Made by a program: the position numbers and the translations under genes. Under the pieces are notes generated by a model that did not search any database, was not told where the DNA came from, and saw only the letters and a list, made by a program, of their open reading frames with translations. From positions 1 to 30,566 of the forward strand of contig CAYMED010000020.1 in NCBI GenBank assembly GCA_964389655.1: a stretch of 30,566 nucleotides of DNA, written 5' to 3'. The DNA comes from an uncultured Candidatus Poseidoniales archaeon (GTDB lineage Archaea > Thermoplasmatota > Poseidoniia > Poseidoniales > CAYMED01). Every line of letters starts with the position of its first letter. The first letter of the stretch is position 1. Of the stretch, positions 16,691 through 25,954 are shown piece by piece.

Positions 16691-17407
16691 ATGGGTAAGC
16701 GTACACGATCACAGCGTAAGGGGTCCAGTCCTTCTCATCGAGTCCGAAGCCATCGTTTCCCAGGGAAAAATCAACTTCCACACACATCCGATGTTGTTGC
16801 TGAAGTCATTGATCTCATTCACAGTCCAGTTCATACTGCCCCACTTGCGAAACTCAAATTGCCAGCAGGGGAGAGTTTCTTCCTTGTTGCTGCTGAGGGT
16901 CTATCCATTGGCCAGCGCATTGCGATTGGAGAGAAAGTCGCGACAAAACCCGGTAATGTAACTACACTTGCAAAAGTTCCTGAGGGGACATTGGTCCATA
17001 ACATCGAGATTCGTCCAGGCGATGGGGGAAGAATCGCGCGCAGTGCTGGAACTGCAGCGGTTGTAGAAACGAGAATTGGTGATCAGGTGCGTATCCGTAT
17101 GCCCAGTGGATCCGTACGTGACTTACCACAGTCATGTCGTGCTTCGATTGGGGTAATTGCGGGGCATGGGCGCAGTGACAGCCCGCTCTTGAAGGCTGGA
17201 GCTGCTCATTACAAAGCCAAAGCACGTGGAAAACGCTATCCAAGGGTTAGTGGAGTTGCAATGAACCCTGTTGATCACCCCCATGGTGGTGGAAACCATC
17301 AAGCCGTTCATGGCCCGAACAGTGTGGCACGTTCAGCACCTCCTGGCTCAAAAGTGGGTCATATTGCACCGCGTAGAACTGGTGTGGGCAGGAATAGAGC
17401 AAAATGA
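16691..17407 (+). CDS. rpl2: 50S ribosomal protein L2 (uL2)
   Basis: PGDGGRIARSAG, VSGVAMNPVDHPHGGGNHQ, GHIAPRRTG. Confidence 0.98.
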   Translation: MGKRTRSQRKGSSPSHRVRSHRFPGKNQLPHTSDVVAEVIDLIHSPVHTAPLAKLKLPAGESFFLVAAEGLSIGQRIAIGEKVATKPGNVTTLAKVPEGTLVHNIEIRPGDGGRIARSAGTAAVVETRIGDQVRIRMPSGSVRDLPQSCRASIGVIAGHGRSDSPLLKAGAAHYKAKARGKRYPRVSGVAMNPVDHPHGGGNHQAVHGPNSVARSAPPGSKVGHIAPRRTGVGRNRAK

Positions 17408-17418
17408 GGTGATTGTGC

Positions 17419-17913
17419 ATGGCAAGAAGAAAATGGCGTGGACGAATCACCCCTAAGGCATCACGAAGGATGCGGCGCAAGCGTCAAGCGGGTTTTGCAG
17501 AGAGAAGAAAGAAGGAATTCATGTATCGCGGCCGAACCCTAGATGAATTGTGTGCGCTACCCCTAATGCCCCCTGAAGAAGACCCAGGAGCCGATGCCCT
17601 GATTGGCCTCTTGCCCGCACGCGCCCGCCGTACCTTGTGGAAAGGAATGTCTGAAGAATGTGAGCACTTGCTTCAGAGAATTCGTACATCTGACGGTGTT
17701 GTTCGAACCCATCGAAGAGATATGATCATTCTCCCCGAATTTGTGGGGCGAACTATCGCAATTTATGATGGACGTAGCTTTCAAAATATCGAAATCAAGC
17801 CTGAGATGATTGGGCATTACTTGGGCGAATACGCACTTACTCGTAGATCAGTAACACATAGTGGGCCTGGAGTTGGAGCGACGAGGTCGTCGAAATTTAT
17901 GCCGCTGAAGTGA
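17419..17913 (+). CDS. rps19: 30S ribosomal protein S19 (uS19)
   Basis: RTHRRDMIILPEFVG, PEMIGHYLGEY, GATRSSKFMPLK; SD GAGGTGAT. Confidence 0.98.
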   Translation: MARRKWRGRITPKASRRMRRKRQAGFAERRKKEFMYRGRTLDELCALPLMPPEEDPGADALIGLLPARARRTLWKGMSEECEHLLQRIRTSDGVVRTHRRDMIILPEFVGRTIAIYDGRSFQNIEIKPEMIGHYLGEYALTRRSVTHSGPGVGATRSSKFMPLK

Positions 17914-17923
17914 GTTGAGAAAT

Positions 17924-18538
17924 ATGCATCCTACTCAGCAAACCAATACGACACGCCGACAACGCGCGCGTATGAACCGAGAACAGCGCCGTCGTCTCGT
18001 GCCACAACGTGGTTACACGCAGATTCTTTCCCCGGCCATTGAAGGCGGAAGACTCGCCAAAGCGAAGGCAAGTGGATTGAAGATTTCACCTAAGCATTGC
18101 TTTGACATCTGTCGAGCAATTAAGGGCATGCAGGCAGGCGATGCGATTGAATACCTTGAGGCGGTTATGATTCGGCGAAAGGCCGTCCCGGGAGTTGCCG
18201 GTGGAGGTAACAAGAAGCGAGCACGCGGAGGTGCTCGAAAGATGGGTCATCGCAAGGGCCGTATTGGTCCGGGAAGATATCCCAACAAAGCATCTGCAGC
18301 AATGATTCAGTTGATCCGCTCAGCCATGGCAAATGCAGAGCAGCAGTTTGAGGATGAGATCGACCCTGAAGAAATGCTGATAAATCATCTCGCAGCCCAT
18401 CGTGGGCGAATTCGTAAAGGCTGGATCCCTAGGGCACGTGGTCGTGCAACACCTAGCAACCGCTATGAAGTTTCAATTGAAATATTCCTTGAAACTAGAG
18501 CCGCGATGGATGATGATGGGGACGAAGATCTTTTCTGA
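17924..18538 (+). CDS. rpl22: 50S ribosomal protein L22 (uL22)
   Basis: ISPKHCFDICRAIKGM, PGRYPNKA, PRARGRATP. Confidence 0.96.
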   Translation: MHPTQQTNTTRRQRARMNREQRRRLVPQRGYTQILSPAIEGGRLAKAKASGLKISPKHCFDICRAIKGMQAGDAIEYLEAVMIRRKAVPGVAGGGNKKRARGGARKMGHRKGRIGPGRYPNKASAAMIQLIRSAMANAEQQFEDEIDPEEMLINHLAAHRGRIRKGWIPRARGRATPSNRYEVSIEIFLETRAAMDDDGDEDLF

Positions 18539-18547
18539 GGTGACATG

Positions 18548-19237
18548 ATGTCTGCAAAGCGCACTACAATTCAGAAAATAGTCAACCGTAATGTTGAGAG
18601 GCATCTCGTCAAGGAATTTTTGATGAAGCATACAAACCGTGCAGGCTTTGGCGGACTCGATATTCAACGTAGCCCACGCGGAACGCTCCTTACCATCGAA
18701 GCAGAGCGTCCGGGTATTGTGATCGGCCGTCGTGGACGTCTCATCAATGAATTACAGCGCCGTGTTAGTCGGGAATTTGACCTTGACAATCCGAAACTAG
18801 AGGTGAAGGAGGCAGAAGAGCCAGAACTCAATGCGCAAATTATGGCTGAAAAACTGGCGAGCGCACTTGAGCGTGGTTGGTATTTCCGTCGTGCAGGACA
18901 CAGTACTGCCCAGACAATTATGGAGAAGGGGGCAAAAGGAGTTCTCATTACTCTGAATGGAAAAATTACAGGTGCACGACACCGCACCCAAAAATTTCAA
19001 CATGGCCACATAAAGCATTGCGGGGAAACCGCGTTGAAATACATGGATATTGGATATTCTGTGGCGATTCGCAAACTTGGCACCATAGGCGTCACTGTTG
19101 CTATCATGCGGCAAGATACAATCTTGCCCCACGAAGTTCCAGTTCTTTCTTTAGCAGAGGTTAAGCAACGAGAGGCGGATGCTGCTGCTGGGGATTCTGG
19201 AGAATCTGTGGCATCTGAAGAGGAGGCCAGTGAATGA
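18548..19237 (+). CDS. rps3: 30S ribosomal protein S3 (uS3)
   Basis: KH motif ERPGIVIGRRG, LERGWYFRRAG, KLGTIGVTV. Confidence 0.98.
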   Translation: MSAKRTTIQKIVNRNVERHLVKEFLMKHTNRAGFGGLDIQRSPRGTLLTIEAERPGIVIGRRGRLINELQRRVSREFDLDNPKLEVKEAEEPELNAQIMAEKLASALERGWYFRRAGHSTAQTIMEKGAKGVLITLNGKITGARHRTQKFQHGHIKHCGETALKYMDIGYSVAIRKLGTIGVTVAIMRQDTILPHEVPVLSLAEVKQREADAAAGDSGESVASEEEASE

Positions 19238-19437
19238 CGCACCTTACGGCACGCGAAATTGAGGAGATGGCCCCTGATGAGCGTCTACGGCGCCTAGCAG
19301 AGGTCAAGGAAGAAATGCTTCAATTGCGTGCTCAGCGTTCCATGGGCGGATCAAGTTCAGATTATGGTTCGTATAAACGAACACGGCGTACGATTGCGCG
19401 TTTGTTAACTGCTATTAACAGAGATGGGGGTGCTTGA
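19234..19437 (+). CDS. rpl29: 50S ribosomal protein L29 (uL29)
   Basis: LTAREIEEM...RRTIARLLT; position after rps3. Confidence 0.95.
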   Translation: MTHLTAREIEEMAPDERLRRLAEVKEEMLQLRAQRSMGGSSSDYGSYKRTRRTIARLLTAINRDGGA

Positions 19438-19737
19438 ATGGTTGAAATTGACCCAATTACAGGTCTCCCCAAAGAACTTCTCTCTTTTGAGGAGATCGCA
19501 AAAGAACAGCAGAGGGCTTTGATTTCTACAGTTCGACGTCGCTATGGCAAAATCGTTACGATCGTTGAAGGGATTGAAGATGCAGCGATTGACATCAATG
19601 ACTTAGCGAAGCTGCTCAAAGCAAGATGTGCCGCAGGTGGTACTGTGAAAGGTAGAACGATTGAACTGCAGGGTGATCACAAGAAGAAGGCCTCGAAAGT
19701 TCTTGAGTTGAATGGATATGAAGTAGAGGTGCGGTGA
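19438..19737 (+). CDS. sui1: Translation initiation factor SUI1 / aIF1
   Basis: DPITGLPKEL, RRYGKIVTIVEG, CAAGGTVK, IELQGDH. Confidence 0.97.
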   Translation: MVEIDPITGLPKELLSFEEIAKEQQRALISTVRRRYGKIVTIVEGIEDAAIDINDLAKLLKARCAAGGTVKGRTIELQGDHKKKASKVLELNGYEVEVR

Positions 19738-19998
19738 ATGTCTCCTAACATGCTTTCTTCTTCGTGGCTTGCCCGTCGCCTTGTTGTTTGTGAATCGACA
19801 GACCCGACCCTCATTGGTTTGGAGGGTCAAGTAATTGAGGAGACACGAAATACAATTCTACTCGCATGTGGTGATGGGCTTGAGCGCCGTCTGGCGAAAA
19901 ATGTGATCCATTTCACCCTCGATGGTAATCCAATTGCTGGACCTGAAGTAATCCTGCGAGTTGATGAACGAATACGCAAGAATGTAAGGAGGCGCTAA
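19738..19998 (+). CDS. rnp1: Ribonuclease P protein component 1 (Rpp29/Pop4)
   Basis: STDPTLIGLEGQVIEETRNT; canonical position between SUI1 and rps17. Confidence 0.92.
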   Translation: MSPNMLSSSWLARRLVVCESTDPTLIGLEGQVIEETRNTILLACGDGLERRLAKNVIHFTLDGNPIAGPEVILRVDERIRKNVRRR

Positions 19999-19999
19999 G

Positions 20000-20344
20000 A
20001 TGAATGGCGAGATACGTGATATTGGTGTGGACGTCATGGTGCCTAGGGGAGAATGGGATGGGGATTCTGATTGTCCCTTCTATGGTACTTTAAGCGTGCG
20101 TGGTCAAATCATCAATGGAACCATAGCCTCTATTGGGATGCAGAAAACCATCATTGTTGAGCGTCAGCTGATTCGCAAGATGGAGAAATATGAGCGATAT
20201 GAGAAACGGACTAGGCGTATTTCAGCCCATCTTCCTTCTTGTATTGGTGAAGTATCTGTTGGCGAACGTGTTCGTATAATGGAATGTCGTCCCCTTTCAA
20301 AGACGAAATCATTTGTTGTTATTGAGCGAGGTGATTTGGCGTGA
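20000..20344 (+). CDS. rps17: 30S ribosomal protein S17 (uS17)
   Basis: DCPFYGTLSVRGQ, KYERYEKR, ECRPLSKTKSFVV. Confidence 0.98.
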   Translation: MNGEIRDIGVDVMVPRGEWDGDSDCPFYGTLSVRGQIINGTIASIGMQKTIIVERQLIRKMEKYERYEKRTRRISAHLPSCIGEVSVGERVRIMECRPLSKTKSFVVIERGDLA

Positions 20345-20739
20345 AGGGGCTTGCTGGAAGGCAAACGCGCGGACTTCCGCACTTGGCGAAACTCGATTGT
20401 GTAGACAATACGGGTGCTAAGATCCTCCAGTTGATCTCGGTGAAAGGTACTGGCTCAACAATGAGACGCTACCCCTCGGCAGGAGTTGGGGATATGATTC
20501 GAGTTACTGTCAAGCGAGGATCTCCCGATCGTCGTCGTCAAATGTATGATGCCGTTGTCGTTCGTCAGCGCAGGCCATTTCGGCGTGCTGATGGGACTTG
20601 GGTTCAGTTTGAGGATAATGCAGCAGTGTTAACCAATGAGCGTGGAGACATGCTTGGCTCCGATCTCAAAGGTCCCATAAGCCGGGAGGCTGCTGAGCGC
20701 TGGCCACGTGTTGCTGCGACAGCAAAACAGATTGTGTGA
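20341..20739 (+). CDS. rpl14: 50S ribosomal protein L14 (uL14)
   Basis: CVDNTGAK, AGVGDM, VVVRQRRPFRRADG, FEDNAAV; GTG start. Confidence 0.98.
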   Translation: MKGLAGRQTRGLPHLAKLDCVDNTGAKILQLISVKGTGSTMRRYPSAGVGDMIRVTVKRGSPDRRRQMYDAVVVRQRRPFRRADGTWVQFEDNAAVLTNERGDMLGSDLKGPISREAAERWPRVAATAKQIV

Positions 20740-20749
20740 GGTGTTATGA

Positions 20750-21163
20750 GTGTCGAGTCACAAGCCAAACAAACAACGCAAATCTTTCTTCAATGCCCCC
20801 ATCCATGTAAGGCGAAAGCGGATCCGTGCGCGTCTAGCCCTCAAGGGTGACCGGTATGCAGGGGTTCGCTCTACGACCGTTCGTGCTGGCGATACTGTTG
20901 AAATTCTTCGGGGTGACCATGGAAATCCATCCAAGGGCAAGCGGTCTGATGGTGACCGTAGAGGTCGAGCTGGGACCTCAGGTGTGGTGGTTTCAGTGAA
21001 CTCTCAAAATGGGACTCTGTCAGTTGATGGCGTTACAGTGCAGAAGAAAGATGGAAAAGAAGTTCCTTATCCCGTTCACGCCTCCAATGTCGTAATTGTG
21101 AAACTCGATGAGAGTGATCCGCTCCGCCTTCAAATGCTTAGTGAACGTGCTGGAGGTGCATAG
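20750..21163 (+). CDS. rpl24: 50S ribosomal protein L24 (uL24)
   Basis: PNKQRK..NAPIH, VRAGDTVEILRGD, VHASNVVIVKL; GTG start 6 nt after GAGGTG. Confidence 0.96.
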   Translation: MSSHKPNKQRKSFFNAPIHVRRKRIRARLALKGDRYAGVRSTTVRAGDTVEILRGDHGNPSKGKRSDGDRRGRAGTSGVVVSVNSQNGTLSVDGVTVQKKDGKEVPYPVHASNVVIVKLDESDPLRLQMLSERAGGA

Positions 21164-21164
21164 T

Positions 21165-21866
21165 ATGGGATCTAGTAGCCATCTGAAGCGCCTAAACATG
21201 CCACGTACTTGGCCCCTCCCACGAAAAACGACGGTCTGGATCACTCGCCCGTCCCCTGGAGGGCATAGGCTTGAGATGTGCATGCCAATTGGTTTGGTGT
21301 TGCGTGATGTCTTGGGCATCTCAACTTCCATGCGAGAATCAAAGTTGATTCTATCCTCTCGAAAAATCCTTGTCGATGGGAATATTGTGCGCGATCATCG
21401 CAGAGGAGTGGGTTTAATGGATGTTTTAACCATTGGTGATCAACACTATCGCTGTGTCTTCGACCATCGAGGGCGCCTTGACTATCGACTAATTCCTGCT
21501 AAGGATGCCACTTGGAAAATCTGCCGAATTGAAGGGAAATCTACAATCAGTGGGGGTAAAACGCAACTCAATCTCCATGATGGTCGTAATATCCTCGTTG
21601 ATGATGCATCAGAGCATTCAAGCGGTGATTCGCTACGAATCAAAGTTCCTTCTCAGGAGATTGAAGAACACATCCCTCTTTCTGAAGGAACCCGATGTCT
21701 CATCATTGGGGGGACTCACGCAGGTAATTTTGCAGATGTGAATGAAATCACAATTAAGCGTTCATCGCAGCCAAATGAAGTACAATTCTCCGATTATGGA
21801 ACTCATCTTCGGCATGTCTTCGTAGTGGCAAATTCCGACCTCCCTAATTTGGAGGTGTCTAATTGA
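21165..21866 (+). CDS. rps4e: 30S ribosomal protein S4e (eS4)
   Basis: HLKRLNMPRTWPLPRK, VGLMDV, QLNLHDGRN, IGGTHAG; SD GGAGGTG. Confidence 0.98.
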   Translation: MGSSSHLKRLNMPRTWPLPRKTTVWITRPSPGGHRLEMCMPIGLVLRDVLGISTSMRESKLILSSRKILVDGNIVRDHRRGVGLMDVLTIGDQHYRCVFDHRGRLDYRLIPAKDATWKICRIEGKSTISGGKTQLNLHDGRNILVDDASEHSSGDSLRIKVPSQEIEEHIPLSEGTRCLIIGGTHAGNFADVNEITIKRSSQPNEVQFSDYGTHLRHVFVVANSDLPNLEVSN

Positions 21867-22384
21867 CTGCTGAATCGATGCTGATCCCCCGAGTTACAAA
21901 ACTCACAGTCAATATCGGTGTTGGTGAAGGGGGAAATCGCCTTCAACACGCCGAAAAAGTGCTTGAATTGGTTACGGGTGCAACTCCTATCCGTACTCTT
22001 TCCCGAACCACAAACCGAGATCTTAAACTCCGTGAAGGTGCGCCTATTGGGTGCAAAGTCACTCTACGTGATACTGCCCGTATTGATGCCTTCCTGAAGG
22101 ATGCTTTTTGGATCCGTCAAAATACTCTTCCTCATTATTGCTTTGATGCTCAAGGTAATCTGTCATTTGGTGTGTCTGACTACACAGATTTCCCAGGACA
22201 GCGATATGATCCAGATATTGGAATTTATGGGATGGATATCAATGTCGTGCTTGAACGGCCAGGGCACCGCGTAAGTCGTCGCAGAATTCGCAAAGGCAGA
22301 GTGGGTTTCAAACACCGTGTTGGTCCAGATGAATCTAGAGTTTGGTTTGCTGAACGATATGGCATCAAAATCATGGAGGCATAG
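21863..22384 (+). CDS. rpl5: 50S ribosomal protein L5 (uL5)
   Basis: [39 protein letters not shown]; TTG start. Confidence 0.98.
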   Translation: MTAESMLIPRVTKLTVNIGVGEGGNRLQHAEKVLELVTGATPIRTLSRTTNRDLKLREGAPIGCKVTLRDTARIDAFLKDAFWIRQNTLPHYCFDAQGNLSFGVSDYTDFPGQRYDPDIGIYGMDINVVLERPGHRVSRRRIRKGRVGFKHRVGPDESRVWFAERYGIKIMEA

Positions 22385-22388
22385 TAGC

Positions 22389-22541
22389 ATGGCACGAGAT
22401 CATGGGGAGCGTATTGGACGTACAATTGGTTGTCGACGCTGTGGCCGACGTCGCGGCTTAATTCGTCGGCACGGGCTTGATCTATGCCGGCAGTGTTTTC
22501 GGCAAATCGCACCCGAAATAGGGTTTAAGAAATTCAATTGA
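22389..22541 (+). CDS. rps14: 30S ribosomal protein S14 (uS14, zinc-binding type)
   Basis: CRRCG...[17 protein letters not shown]; start at ATG22389. Confidence 0.97.
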   Translation: MARDHGERIGRTIGCRRCGRRRGLIRRHGLDLCRQCFRQIAPEIGFKKFN

Positions 22542-22550
22542 GGTGATATG

Positions 22551-22940
22551 ATGCAGTCAGATATTGTTAACGATGCGCTCGCAAATATTCACAATGCTGA
22601 GAAGAGCGGTAAGTACGAGGTGGTTGTCCGTCCAGTGAGTCGCTTATTAGAAAATATTCTCTCGATAATGCAGAATTCGGGGTATATTGCGGATTTTGAG
22701 AAAGTTGTTGATGGAAGAGGCGATTCTTTACGGGTTGAGTTGAGTGGTTCTATCAATCATTGTGGTATCATCAAGCCACGATTTAGCGTCCGCCGTGCAG
22801 ATTACGAAAAATGGGAGGCAAGGTATCTTCCGGCTCAAGATTTTGGCCTGCTTATATTGACGACAAATCAAGGCGTTATGCACCATTATGCTGCAAAGGA
22901 AGCAAGAATTGGAGGGCGTTTACTCGCTTATGTGTACTGA
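22551..22940 (+). CDS. rps8: 30S ribosomal protein S8 (uS8)
   Basis: DALANIHNAE, INHCGIIKPRF, YLPAQDFG, GGRLLAYVY. An alternative ATG lies at 22548. Confidence 0.98.
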   Translation: MQSDIVNDALANIHNAEKSGKYEVVVRPVSRLLENILSIMQNSGYIADFEKVVDGRGDSLRVELSGSINHCGIIKPRFSVRRADYEKWEARYLPAQDFGLLILTTNQGVMHHYAAKEARIGGRLLAYVY

Positions 22941-22949
22941 GGGATCGAT

Positions 22950-23513
22950 ATGCCTGTTATTTCTCAAATCACTCACAAAATCCCCCTTCCTGAGGGGACT
23001 TCCGCAGGTCTTGATGGCCATAACTTGTCCATATCTGGAATGTCAGGAAATGTATCAAGGATTTTTGAGAGCCGTCGTATTTCTTTGTGCATAGAGGATG
23101 GAGAGATCGTTGTATCTGTCGATCTTCCTCGCCGTGCAGATAAAGCATTGGCTGGTACTTGGGCAGCTCATGTACGCAACATGGTAACTGGCGCATCTTT
23201 GGGCTTTGTTTATCGTCTCAAAATTGTATATAGTCACTTTCCAATGACGATCGAACCACCCAAAGGTGACCAAGGTGGCGATTTTGTTGTCAAAAATTAC
23301 TATGGGGAAAAAGTTCCACGAAGTGGGCACATTCCAGCAGGTGTATCCGTATCTGTGAAAAACAAGGATGAGGTTGTAGTATCTGGGAGTGATGTTGAAC
23401 TTGTAGGACAAGCTGCTGCAAATATCGAGAGAATTTGCACAGTTGGGAACCGAGATCGGCGCGTGTTTCAAGATGGAATTTACATCACCTCGAAAAAGGA
23501 GGTGGGTGAATGA
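22950..23513 (+). CDS. rpl6: 50S ribosomal protein L6 (uL6)
   Basis: AHVRNMVTG, VYSHFPM, VGQAAANIE, RDRRVFQDGIYI. Confidence 0.98.
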   Translation: MPVISQITHKIPLPEGTSAGLDGHNLSISGMSGNVSRIFESRRISLCIEDGEIVVSVDLPRRADKALAGTWAAHVRNMVTGASLGFVYRLKIVYSHFPMTIEPPKGDQGGDFVVKNYYGEKVPRSGHIPAGVSVSVKNKDEVVVSGSDVELVGQAAANIERICTVGNRDRRVFQDGIYITSKKEVGE

Positions 23514-24241
23514 GTGATTATGCAGATTTGACAGTTGCAGAACTCAAAGAATTGCTCAAAGGCCGTGGCCTCACTGTCTCAGGAAAGAAGGCAGATTTGA
23601 TCGGGCGGCTTTTAGAGCACGACTCCGTAGATTCTTCTCTAGATTCTGACGTCATAGAAGATATTGAGGATGTAGTCGATGATGAAATGGTCTCTGAGGT
23701 GGGTGATGATGTCCCTGAATCCGATGGCCTAGATGATTCACACGATGATGAATCAGTAGATGATGATGATTTTGATGATGATGATTTTGATGATGACTTT
23801 GATGAGTGGGACGATGACGATGAACCACATACAGCGCGCCAGAAAGCAGAACTTAGTGATGAGACCCGTGCAGCATTAGAAATGCGAGCGGAACAGAAGC
23901 GACGAACTCCATCCTTCCGCCGTCAGGAATGGTTCCGATACAAACGCCTTTCTCGAACGGGCTGGCGTCGCCCAAAGGGCCTACACAGCAAACAACGTCT
24001 CAACAAGAAATATCGAGGTGCGAGAGTTCGTATTGGACATAGAAAAGTAACTACGGTTCGACATCTACACCCTAGTGGCTTTCGTGAAATAATGGTACAT
24101 CGTCCAGAGGACCTTGAAGCGATAGACCCCGCTACTGAGGCTGCTCGTATTGGATCGACAGTTGGTGGTCGGAAACGAGAACGAATCCACTTATCAGCGG
24201 ATGAACTCGGGATCCGTATTCTGAATCGGAGGAACTTGTGA
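23510..24241 (+). CDS. rpl32e: 50S ribosomal protein L32e (eL32) with N-terminal SAP domain and acidic linker
   Basis: C-terminal FRRQEWFRYKRL..GWRRPKGLHSKQR, HLHPSGFREI and LGIRILN. N-terminal LTVAELKELLKGRGLTVSGKKADLIGRL. Confidence 0.96.
   Translation: MSDYADLTVAELKELLKGRGLTVSGKKADLIGRLLEHDSVDSSLDSDVIEDIEDVVDDEMVSEVGDDVPESDGLDDSHDDESVDDDDFDDDDFDDDFDEWDDDDEPHTARQKAELSDETRAALEMRAEQKRRTPSFRRQEWFRYKRLSRTGWRRPKGLHSKQRLNKKYRGARVRIGHRKVTTVRHLHPSGFREIMVHRPEDLEAIDPATEAARIGSTVGGRKRERIHLSADELGIRILNRRNL
23759..23800 (+). repeat. Coding (GAT)n-TTT tandem repeat (DDDDF units)
   Basis: gatgatgatgatttt twice, then gatgatgacttt, inside the L32e linker. Confidence 0.85.
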
Positions 24242-24696
24242 TGTCTCTTACGAATCAAAAGCGCCTTGCTGCTCAAGTTCTCAAGTGTGGCGTGCACCGT
24301 GTTTGGGTTGACGATAAGCAGATTGACCGCGTTGAAACTGCAGTTGGACGAGAAGATATCCGCATGCTTATCGAGGAAGGAATCATTTCAGCAAAACAAA
24401 AGCGAGGTACTTCAAGAGGACGTACGCGCCATCACCTTGCCCAAAAGGCAAAAGGAAGGCGCCGTGGACATGGTTCACGAAAAGGCTCGAGTACAACTCG
24501 AACACCAAAGAAAAGGCGATGGATGATGAATATCCGTGCTCAGCGCCGTACTCTCAAAGGATGGAGAGATGATGGGATCCTTAATCGGTCTGCATATCGG
24601 CGTTACTATCTTAGAGCAAAAGGCGGGAATTATCGTAGTGTTGCCCACATGCGGGCGCAGGTCGCTTTAGATGGAATTGCAGTAGGGGATGATTGA
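24241..24696 (+). CDS. rpl19e: 50S ribosomal protein L19e (eL19)
   Basis: LTNQKRLAAQVLKCG..RVW, KGRRRGHGSRKG, YLRAKGG. An alternative GTG lies at 24238. Confidence 0.98.
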   Translation: MSLTNQKRLAAQVLKCGVHRVWVDDKQIDRVETAVGREDIRMLIEEGIISAKQKRGTSRGRTRHHLAQKAKGRRRGHGSRKGSSTTRTPKKRRWMMNIRAQRRTLKGWRDDGILNRSAYRRYYLRAKGGNYRSVAHMRAQVALDGIAVGDD

Positions 24697-24698
24697 TC

Positions 24699-25214
24699 AT
24701 GGCGACTTCAGGAAACAGTAGATTGAGACCACGTCGCAGAAAAAGTGGGCAAACTGACTATCGAAGGCGCTTGCGCTTATTGCGATCTGAGTTGCCCCGG
24801 GCCGTCGTTCGCGTCACAAATCGAAGAACAATCTCTCAGATGGTTTCTTATTCACCTGAAGGCGACAAGGTTGTATCCGCAGTATCGGGAGATGATCTTG
24901 TTAAGCAGTATGGTTGGCCAGAATCAGCGAGCCGGAAATCAGTAAGTGCTTCATATCTTGTTGGCTATGCATTGGGTTATCGTGCATTGACAATCGGCTT
25001 GGGCGAAGCCGTACTTGACATTGGATTGCGTGCAGCCACTCCGGGCGCTCGAATCTTTGCAGCACTCAAGGGCATGGTTGATGCAGGATTGGATATCGCC
25101 CATGGAGAATCCATTATCCCAAGTGAGGAACGTATTCTTGGACAACATATTGATGAGAAACTTGCTTCTAGTGTTGAGGCAACCAAGGCCAAAATCGAGG
25201 AGGTACATGCATGA
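24699..25214 (+). CDS. rpl18: 50S ribosomal protein L18 (uL18)
   Basis: RRRKSGQTDYRRRLRLL, AVLDIGL, FAALKGMVDAGLDIAH. Confidence 0.98.
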   Translation: MATSGNSRLRPRRRKSGQTDYRRRLRLLRSELPRAVVRVTNRRTISQMVSYSPEGDKVVSAVSGDDLVKQYGWPESASRKSVSASYLVGYALGYRALTIGLGEAVLDIGLRAATPGARIFAALKGMVDAGLDIAHGESIIPSEERILGQHIDEKLASSVEATKAKIEEVHA

Positions 25215-25954
25215 GTGAAATTGGTTCAGACGATGAGGGTGTAGAGTACACTGGTCCTGTTTGGGCAGGTCACCGTCCCGAGGACCTTTCCATGGAGCAG
25301 AATGATATTCTCCGCAAATGGGAACCTCGGACCCGTCTAGGGCGCCTCGTTCGTGATGGGCAGGTCACCTCAATCGATGCAGCATTGGCGACTCGATTAC
25401 CTCTTCGAGAGGTACAGGTCGTTGATTTACTGATGCCCGAACTTGAAGATGACATCATCAAGGTAAACATGGTTCAGAGAATGACGGATAGTGGCCGTCG
25501 AGTACGGTTTCACGTGATGGCATGTGTTGGGAATAGAGATGGATATGTTGGTATTGGGATTGCCAAAGGAAAAGAAGTTGCACCTACAATTCGAAAATCG
25601 ATTAGCGTTGCTAAACTAGAGATCATGCGTGTCATGCGTGGTAATGGTTCTTGGGAATCTGGTAGCGGACCTGCAAAGAGTGTTCCATTTGCAGTAACTG
25701 GTCGTTGTGGCTCGACTCGGGTTACTCTTCGCCCAGCACCTGCTGGCAAAGGTCTTGTGATTGGCGAGATCGGTCGAAAGGTGCTTGATTTAGCAGGTAT
25801 TGAGGATGTATGGAGTCAAAGCCGGGGACAGACACGTACTCGGATCAACTTTGCTCAGGCGGTGTTTAATGCCCTTAAACAACTCAATGCGACAAAACTG
25901 AGCCCTGAGCATCATGATCGTCTTCAGATTACAGTTGGGAGGGGTGGAAATTGA
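25211..25954 (+). CDS. rps5: 30S ribosomal protein S5 (uS5)
   Basis: WEPRTRLGRLV, VQRMTDSGRR, VGNRDGYVG, PAPAGKGLV. Confidence 0.98.
   Translation: MSEIGSDDEGVEYTGPVWAGHRPEDLSMEQNDILRKWEPRTRLGRLVRDGQVTSIDAALATRLPLREVQVVDLLMPELEDDIIKVNMVQRMTDSGRRVRFHVMACVGNRDGYVGIGIAKGKEVAPTIRKSISVAKLEIMRVMRGNGSWESGSGPAKSVPFAVTGRCGSTRVTLRPAPAGKGLVIGEIGRKVLDLAGIEDVWSQSRGQTRTRINFAQAVFNALKQLNATKLSPEHHDRLQITVGRGGN

Noticed and set aside
20746-20850. Out-of-frame ATG after the rpl24 SD suggesting a frameshift or uORF
   Set aside because: The in-frame GTG at 20750 has better SD spacing and gives a full-length uL24.
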